DNA of 64,000 nucleotides. Origin: Flavobacteriaceae bacterium (GTDB lineage Bacteria > Bacteroidota > Bacteroidia > Flavobacteriales > Flavobacteriaceae). The notes under the pieces are model-generated. The model was not told the origin of the DNA. It searched no databases and saw nothing but the letters and a program-made list of their open reading frames with translations. Below, piece by piece: positions 58,977 to 64,000 of the stretch. The stretch lies in contig PALG01000017.1 in NCBI GenBank assembly GCA_002707025.1, positions 43,906-107,905 of the forward strand, given 5' to 3'. Numbering within the stretch: position 1 is the stretch's first letter; each line of letters opens with the position of its first letter. Both the position numbers and the translations under genes were made by a program.

Positions 58977-59786
58977 ATGAAGCAATTATCCACGTTACTT
59001 ATTCTTATGGTATGTGGTTTTAATGTTTTGGCTCAAGTGGGAATCGGTACTACCAGTCCCGAGGCAGCCATCGACATTACCGATACCGATAAAGGTATTC
59101 TCATTCCAAGAATAGCACTTACCTCTTCCACAGACGCTACTAGTGTGACCAATCCAAGAGGGGGAGTACTTGTGGAGGGAACCATGATCTGGAACACCGG
59201 CACCGGAGGTCTTAGTCCTGCAGGTTATTACTATTGGGAAGGCAGTAGATGGAACTTGGTACTATCCAACAATCAAAAACAAGTACATTTTGGAAGTTTT
59301 GTCGCGTCAGGTTCCGGAACACTCACTATAACAGGCATTGGGTACACCCCTTCTGCAATCGAGTTTGTTGCGATGAACCGGGTTCAAGATATAAACAGTG
59401 GAGCCTACGCCTCTCCCAGTACAAATTCAAACGATATCCGGATGGCAAGAGGAGTTACTATGGGATATGCGACCAATTATGGTGGATCCATTGTGCAACA
59501 AGCTATAGCCGAAGGTTCTAGCGGCTCCAGTTTAAATAACATAGGAACTTATGCTTCTAACTCGCATTGTATTGCAGCATTTTTTGTAAATAATAATGGC
59601 GAACCCATTCATGATAATGGAACCGCAACAGGTGGTGCCGACACCCAAGGAGGCTTGGTAAGAGCCTCCCTGCAGTCTTTCGATAGCGACGGATTTACCT
59701 TAAACTTTGATCGGTTCTTGGCGCCAACTGCAGGAAGTCCAGATCGTACCAACCAAATTGTTATTATTTACAAAGCCTATCGATAG
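58977..59786 (+). CDS. secreted protein of unknown function with tail-fibre-like N-terminal motif
   Basis: Start at MKQLSTLLILMVCGFNVLAQ. Then VGIGTTSPEAAIDITDTDKGILIPRIALTS, followed by a Gly/Ser/Thr/Asn-rich ~170-aa domain. Confidence 0.7.
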   Translation: MKQLSTLLILMVCGFNVLAQVGIGTTSPEAAIDITDTDKGILIPRIALTSSTDATSVTNPRGGVLVEGTMIWNTGTGGLSPAGYYYWEGSRWNLVLSNNQKQVHFGSFVASGSGTLTITGIGYTPSAIEFVAMNRVQDINSGAYASPSTNSNDIRMARGVTMGYATNYGGSIVQQAIAEGSSGSSLNNIGTYASNSHCIAAFFVNNNGEPIHDNGTATGGADTQGGLVRASLQSFDSDGFTLNFDRFLAPTAGSPDRTNQIVIIYKAYR

Positions 59787-60018
59787 CCTTATCAATTTCA
59801 ATTGTATATGGGTTGTTGAGGTTTTTTTTATGCTATGGTACTGTCTAAGGCGTTCTAAGATTTTATCTTTTGGATTGCGGATAGTTTTCCCATTCCTTTT
59901 AGTGCGGATCAGCTAAATTTCTTTTATCTGTTTTTTTGAAAAGAAAATAACAGTATGATAAACTTTGCTTAAAGAGCCGCCTTCAAAATTTCTGCAATTT
60001 TAGCCTTAATTTATCTTC

Positions 60019-61554
60019 ATGCAACTTAGAAATTTTGGGCTTTCCATCTTCATGATAACTGCTTTGGTGGCTTCTTGTAAAAGGAATTCCGAAACAAATC
60101 AGCAACCCGAATCCATTTCCGCCGAGAATGGAGAAAAATTGGCCCGTCTCTATTGTGCTTCCTGTCATCAGTTTCCAGAACCTGAAATGCTTCCTAAAAA
60201 AATATGGTCCCAAACTATTTTGCCGCGTATGGGTTATATGTATGGGATTTACAATTCTGAGACAGAACGTCAAAACCTTTTTGAAAATAATCAAGGAGGT
60301 GCTATCGTAAAAGCATCTGGGTTGTTTCCTGATGCGCCAACCCTTGATAGTATCACTTGGGCAAATATTCAAAAATACTACCTTACAAAGGCCCCGGATA
60401 GCATTTTTCAGCATTCACCCTTAAAGATCATAGGGGAGAGCACACTTTTTAAAACTTTAATACCAGACCAGAAGGTGAATGTGCCTAGTACGACCCTGGC
60501 TAAATTTACTTCAGAAGGGACTATTTACATTGGCGATGCCTTTACAAAAAGCTTTTCTGAATTTTCCAAAGACTTAGGTTTGTTGAAAACTGGAAATGTT
60601 CCGGAAGGAGCAGTTTGGACAACTACTTCCAAAGATACGCTTTGGCTTACCGTCATGGGAAGTTTTTCTCCCACCGATGCACCCTTGGGAGTCATTGCCA
60701 AGAGTACTGGTAATGGGACTTTTTCAGTTCCTATCAAAAATCTACAACGACCGGTTCATACTAGTTTGGGCGATGTAGATCAGGATGGCGATGAGGATAT
60801 CCTGGTTTGTGAGTTCGGAAAGTGGACGGGAGCATTATCCCTTCACGTGAACCAAGGAGAGGATACTTATGTGAAAAAGGTATTGCATGCCAAGCCAGGT
60901 GCTATCAAAGCTTATTTTAGGGATATGAATGCAGACGGGCTCATGGATATTATCGCTCTTTTTGCACAGGCCGATGAAGGAATCGATATTTTTTACAACC
61001 TTGGAAACACCAATTTTAGAAGAGAGCGGGTGCTCGAATTCCCTCCTAGTATGGGAGGTAGTTTTTTTAATGTTCAGGATTATAATCACGACGGGCATTT
61101 GGACATTTTATTCACGGCGGGGGACAATGCAGATTACTACCCCATTTTAAAGCCTTGGCACGGGGTTTACCTATATACCAACAACGGAAGTAATGTTTTT
61201 AAGAAGACTCGGTTTCTACCTTTAAATGGAGCCTACAATGCTGTTATGGAAGATTTCGATTTGGATGGAGATCAAGACATTGCTGCCATTTCCTTTTTCC
61301 CAGATTGGGCCCAAAACCCTAAAGAAGCGTTCGTGTTTTTTGAAAATATAGGAACGACCTATCAAGCGTATACTTTTAAGGAAGTGAATTGGGGAAGATG
61401 GGTGGTGATGGATGCGATGGACTACGATCGAGACGGTGATACAGACTTGGTTTTAGGATCTTTAGCTTTTGAAGCTCTTCCAAAATTAGGTTTTGAAAAA
61501 GTATGGATGGAAAAAGGCATCCCGTTCGTGGTTTTGGAAAACCAAAGCCGTTAA
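60019..61554 (+). CDS. lipoprotein with N-terminal CxxCH (c-type haem-binding) motif and FG-GAP/VCBS-type repeats
   Basis: Lipobox ITALVASC. CASCH at LARLYCASCHQFPEP. Five Ca-binding-like DxDxDG repeats (DVDQDGDEDILV, DMNADGLMDIIA, DYNHDGHLDILF, DFDLDGDQDIAA, DYDRDGDTDLVL). Confidence 0.75.
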   Translation: MQLRNFGLSIFMITALVASCKRNSETNQQPESISAENGEKLARLYCASCHQFPEPEMLPKKIWSQTILPRMGYMYGIYNSETERQNLFENNQGGAIVKASGLFPDAPTLDSITWANIQKYYLTKAPDSIFQHSPLKIIGESTLFKTLIPDQKVNVPSTTLAKFTSEGTIYIGDAFTKSFSEFSKDLGLLKTGNVPEGAVWTTTSKDTLWLTVMGSFSPTDAPLGVIAKSTGNGTFSVPIKNLQRPVHTSLGDVDQDGDEDILVCEFGKWTGALSLHVNQGEDTYVKKVLHAKPGAIKAYFRDMNADGLMDIIALFAQADEGIDIFYNLGNTNFRRERVLEFPPSMGGSFFNVQDYNHDGHLDILFTAGDNADYYPILKPWHGVYLYTNNGSNVFKKTRFLPLNGAYNAVMEDFDLDGDQDIAAISFFPDWAQNPKEAFVFFENIGTTYQAYTFKEVNWGRWVVMDAMDYDRDGDTDLVLGSLAFEALPKLGFEKVWMEKGIPFVVLENQSR

Positions 61555-61852
61555 TAGCCTATTTTTAGTGATTCTAAATAGTTTTATTTCTGAAAATTGA
61601 TGATATTTTGATAACAAAAGAAAATTTTAAATACTTGATAATTAAATAGTTAAAATGTAATAGTTTGGATTTTTCTTTGTTATGTTTCCCAAACTTCAAA
61701 TGAATGTTACCTGCTTAATATTCAGTTTCCGTAAAGTTAATATTTCAACTTACTTCATAAGGTTTTCGTAAAAATATAGAAAGTTAGCCCTAACATTTTG
61801 CAATTAGTTTTACGATGCATTCAAAAACATTTAAAACTAAAAATCAACAACA

Positions 61853-63703
61853 ATGAAAAAGCTTTTACTTTCTTTAGGAGTCACGTTGCTTACCATGGCT
61901 TCTTTTTCACAAAACGAGTTCCCATCTCGTATGGCAGTAGATCCTAATTGGGATGCTGTTGAGGTGGTTGTACCACCTTCTCCTTTTCAGTACCAAGTTA
62001 TTTTTGTAGGAGGTGACGATGTGGTTCAAACCGGTGTAAACGAATCGGTTCCTGCAAAACAATGGCATGACTTTATTGGATTTACTCCTATAACAGCCGA
62101 AGATTGTGTAGACGATCCTAATGCGATTGGTTGGGTTTCCGTGAACCATGAAATGATCCTAGCCGATGATAAAATTGGAGATGGTGGTGGAATGACCGCT
62201 TTTCTTTTGGGAAGAAATCCTTCAGATGATACCTTGTATGTAATTCCTCAAGACCTTACCGATGGTCGCTCGGGCGAATTCTTCAATGTAGACTTTTCTT
62301 CCGTAGGGGAAACAGGAATGAATTGCGGCGGAATTACTTCTAATGTAGACGGTCGAATTTGGTCTGCAGAAGAATGGTTCCAAGGAAGTAATGAAGCCAT
62401 GTACGATAGTGGAAATGGAATTCGTGACACGACCGCTTATACCATTAAGTATACTGAATTCGATATGGCAAACTTCCAAACCATTCCTAAATACCAAAAC
62501 TTTAACTGGATGGTGGAAATCGACCCTAGAGCTGCAAAAGCCAAAAGAAAACAATATAACTGGGGGCGTCAACCTTTTGAAGGTGGAGCGGTTGCCAATG
62601 ATAATAAAACAGTTTATTTAGGAGCGGATGCTACTCCTGGCTTCTTTACCAAATTTGTGGCCGATGTAGAAGGGGACTTTACAGAAGGAACTTTATATGT
62701 CTATAAACACGATGCTGCTGGAGAGCCTTGGGTAGAAATCGATTCAGATGACTTCTCGAAAATGCTCACTTTTAGTGAAGAAGCCGTAACTGCTGGGGCG
62801 ACCATGTTTAACCGTTTAGAATGGGTGACGCTCGATAAAACCACTGGAAAAGTGTACATGACCGAAACAGGAAGGGATAATCCTTCTGGAAGCTGGTCTG
62901 ACGAATTAGCCGATGGTGCTGTTTTTGCGCCTCACCACGTTCAAAGAGCCATGGATCAAGGAGCTACAGGTCCCGATGACCCTGCTTACTGGGATTATTA
63001 CGGGCGTGTACTGGAATTTGACCCTGCTACGGGCGATGTGAACATTTTTGTAGAAGGAGGACCGTATTTTGCTACGAGCCCAACCTTGGCAAATTATCCT
63101 GCTAAACATCTTTCCAACCCCGATGGATTAAATATGTTGTACGTAAACGTAGCGGGAGAGGATAAAAGATATATGTTGATCTGTGAAGATTTAAACGGAA
63201 CTTCTTTCGGAAGAACTCCTGCGGAATATCCAGATGATCGTATGTGCGAATTGTACTTACTGGATATGGATGTGGCTTCTCCTGAAATTGATGATCTTAT
63301 CCGTTTAACACAAACCCCAAAAGGAGCTGAAATTACAGGGGCTTGTCCAACCGCCGATGGAAAGTCTATTTTGGTAAACTCACAACACCCAGATACTTCC
63401 AATCCATTTCCCTACAACAACTCCTTAACTTTTGCCATTACAGGTTTTGATGATTCAGGGGCCATCGACACTTTAGGGAATCCAGATTTTGAAGCCACCG
63501 ATAAAGGATTTCAAGTATATCCAAACCCTGCAGAAAGAATTGTGTATTTCAATAAAGTAGTGGATGTGGCATTGTATGACATCACCGGAAAAAGAATCGC
63601 GGTATATAGAAATACCGATTTCATCGATATCCTAAGCTTATCTACCGGAGCCTATATTTTAAAGACTTCAGAAGGGGAAACCAGAAAACTTATTGTAGAG
63701 TAA
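61853..63703 (+). CDS. PhoX/DUF839-like beta-propeller protein with T9SS C-terminal sorting domain
   Basis: Signal peptide ...MASFSQ. GMNCGGITS...WSAEEW and NPDGLNM blocks resemble PhoX-type phosphatases. The C-terminal ~75 aa (FQVYPNPAERIVYF...GAYILKTSEGETRKLIVE) match the T9SS type A CTD pattern. Confidence 0.7.
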   Translation: MKKLLLSLGVTLLTMASFSQNEFPSRMAVDPNWDAVEVVVPPSPFQYQVIFVGGDDVVQTGVNESVPAKQWHDFIGFTPITAEDCVDDPNAIGWVSVNHEMILADDKIGDGGGMTAFLLGRNPSDDTLYVIPQDLTDGRSGEFFNVDFSSVGETGMNCGGITSNVDGRIWSAEEWFQGSNEAMYDSGNGIRDTTAYTIKYTEFDMANFQTIPKYQNFNWMVEIDPRAAKAKRKQYNWGRQPFEGGAVANDNKTVYLGADATPGFFTKFVADVEGDFTEGTLYVYKHDAAGEPWVEIDSDDFSKMLTFSEEAVTAGATMFNRLEWVTLDKTTGKVYMTETGRDNPSGSWSDELADGAVFAPHHVQRAMDQGATGPDDPAYWDYYGRVLEFDPATGDVNIFVEGGPYFATSPTLANYPAKHLSNPDGLNMLYVNVAGEDKRYMLICEDLNGTSFGRTPAEYPDDRMCELYLLDMDVASPEIDDLIRLTQTPKGAEITGACPTADGKSILVNSQHPDTSNPFPYNNSLTFAITGFDDSGAIDTLGNPDFEATDKGFQVYPNPAERIVYFNKVVDVALYDITGKRIAVYRNTDFIDILSLSTGAYILKTSEGETRKLIVE

Positions 63704-63729
63704 GTAAATTATAGATTAGTTAAGTAAGT

Positions 63730-63758
63730 AACCGTCCCCTATTTTTTGGGGGATGGTT
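63730..63758 (+). terminator. intrinsic terminator after the PhoX-like gene
   Basis: AACCGTCCCC-(9 nt, T-rich)-GGGGATGGTT, then TCTTTG. Confidence 0.55.
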
Positions 63759-63781
63759 TCTTTGTAAAAAAAGTTACCATT

Positions 63782-64000
63782 ATGAGAACTCTTTCTACCG
63801 ATTCCCTATTGCTATTATCCAGTCTGTTTTTTAGTGTATTGATCATGACTTCCAGTGCTCCCAAAGGGTACTATAAAACTTCTAAATTTAGAGCCCATAC
63901 AGAGATCAATCGCCAGTTTAAACAAGACTTAAATACATTTTCCGCAGAAATGATCGCTTTTCAGAAGGCACTCGATTTGGAAAAACCAAATACCTCAATA
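63782..64000 (+). CDS. 5' part of an ORF running off the window (signal-anchor-like N-terminus), function not assignable
   Basis: The ATG at 63782 is open to the window end: MRTLSTDSLLLLSSLFFSVLIMTSSAPKGYYKTSKF.... Confidence 0.45.
   Translation, partial: MRTLSTDSLLLLSSLFFSVLIMTSSAPKGYYKTSKFRAHTEINRQFKQDLNTFSAEMIAFQKALDLEKPNTSI

Noticed and set aside
59983-60414. 143-aa minus-strand ORF overlapping the 5' end of the CxxCH/FG-GAP gene.
   Set aside because: It overlaps the lipobox and haem-motif region of a coherent plus-strand gene, has no signal or motif of its own, and starts inside that gene. It is most likely a shadow ORF.

Overview
No database search was possible, so every functional call rests on motif and architecture recognition. 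The window looks like a chromosomal segment of a Bacteroidota (Flavobacteriia-like) genome. Supporting signs are a T9SS-type C-terminal sorting domain, TonB-dependent receptors with CarboxypepD_reg-like N-termini, a GLPGLI-family gene, TAnnTTTG -7 promoter boxes and few Shine-Dalgarno sequences. I call about 50 protein genes and one tRNA-Ser(GGA). Most of the window is core metabolism and translation: the RNR alpha C-terminus, a PiT phosphate transporter, dgt, dxs, tadA, a cold-shock protein, a ClC channel, an APC permease, aspS, a TetR-TolC-MFP-RND efflux operon, a polyprenyl synthase, sucA-sucB, TatD-asparaginase, an ExbB/ExbD cluster, rpoN, asnS, an MMPL/RND transporter, frr-pyrH, tsf-rpsB and rpsI-rplM. 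The accessory content falls into five parts. (1) The most unusual locus is an AT-rich island at about 46.3-50.2 kb. It carries a tightly coupled minus-strand operon of three ORFs: an unannotated 68-codon Cys-rich secreted-peptide ORF interrupted by one in-frame TAA, a GLPGLI-family protein, and an Asn-rich CarboxypepD_reg beta-barrel protein. An array of six TACAAG repeats and a 13-nt homopolymer precede the operon. (2) A 739-aa lipoprotein built from a 1035-bp tandem intragenic duplication sits next to a non-SusD-type TonB-dependent receptor (4.1-9.2 kb). (3) A cluster of secreted or unknown proteins lies at 58.7-64 kb. It has a tail-fibre-like N-terminal motif protein, a CxxCH plus FG-GAP lipoprotein and a T9SS-sorted PhoX/DUF839-like protein, preceded by a promoter-plus-terminator unit that could be a ~110-nt sRNA or leader. 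(4) A TPR histidine kinase and LuxR-type response regulator pair is followed by a possible 43-aa membrane micro-ORF and a standalone retropepsin-like protease. (5) Four exactly 11-bp-phased AATGTWA repeats lie in a divergent promoter region at 3.55 kb. No CRISPR array, rRNA, transposase or integrase is visible.
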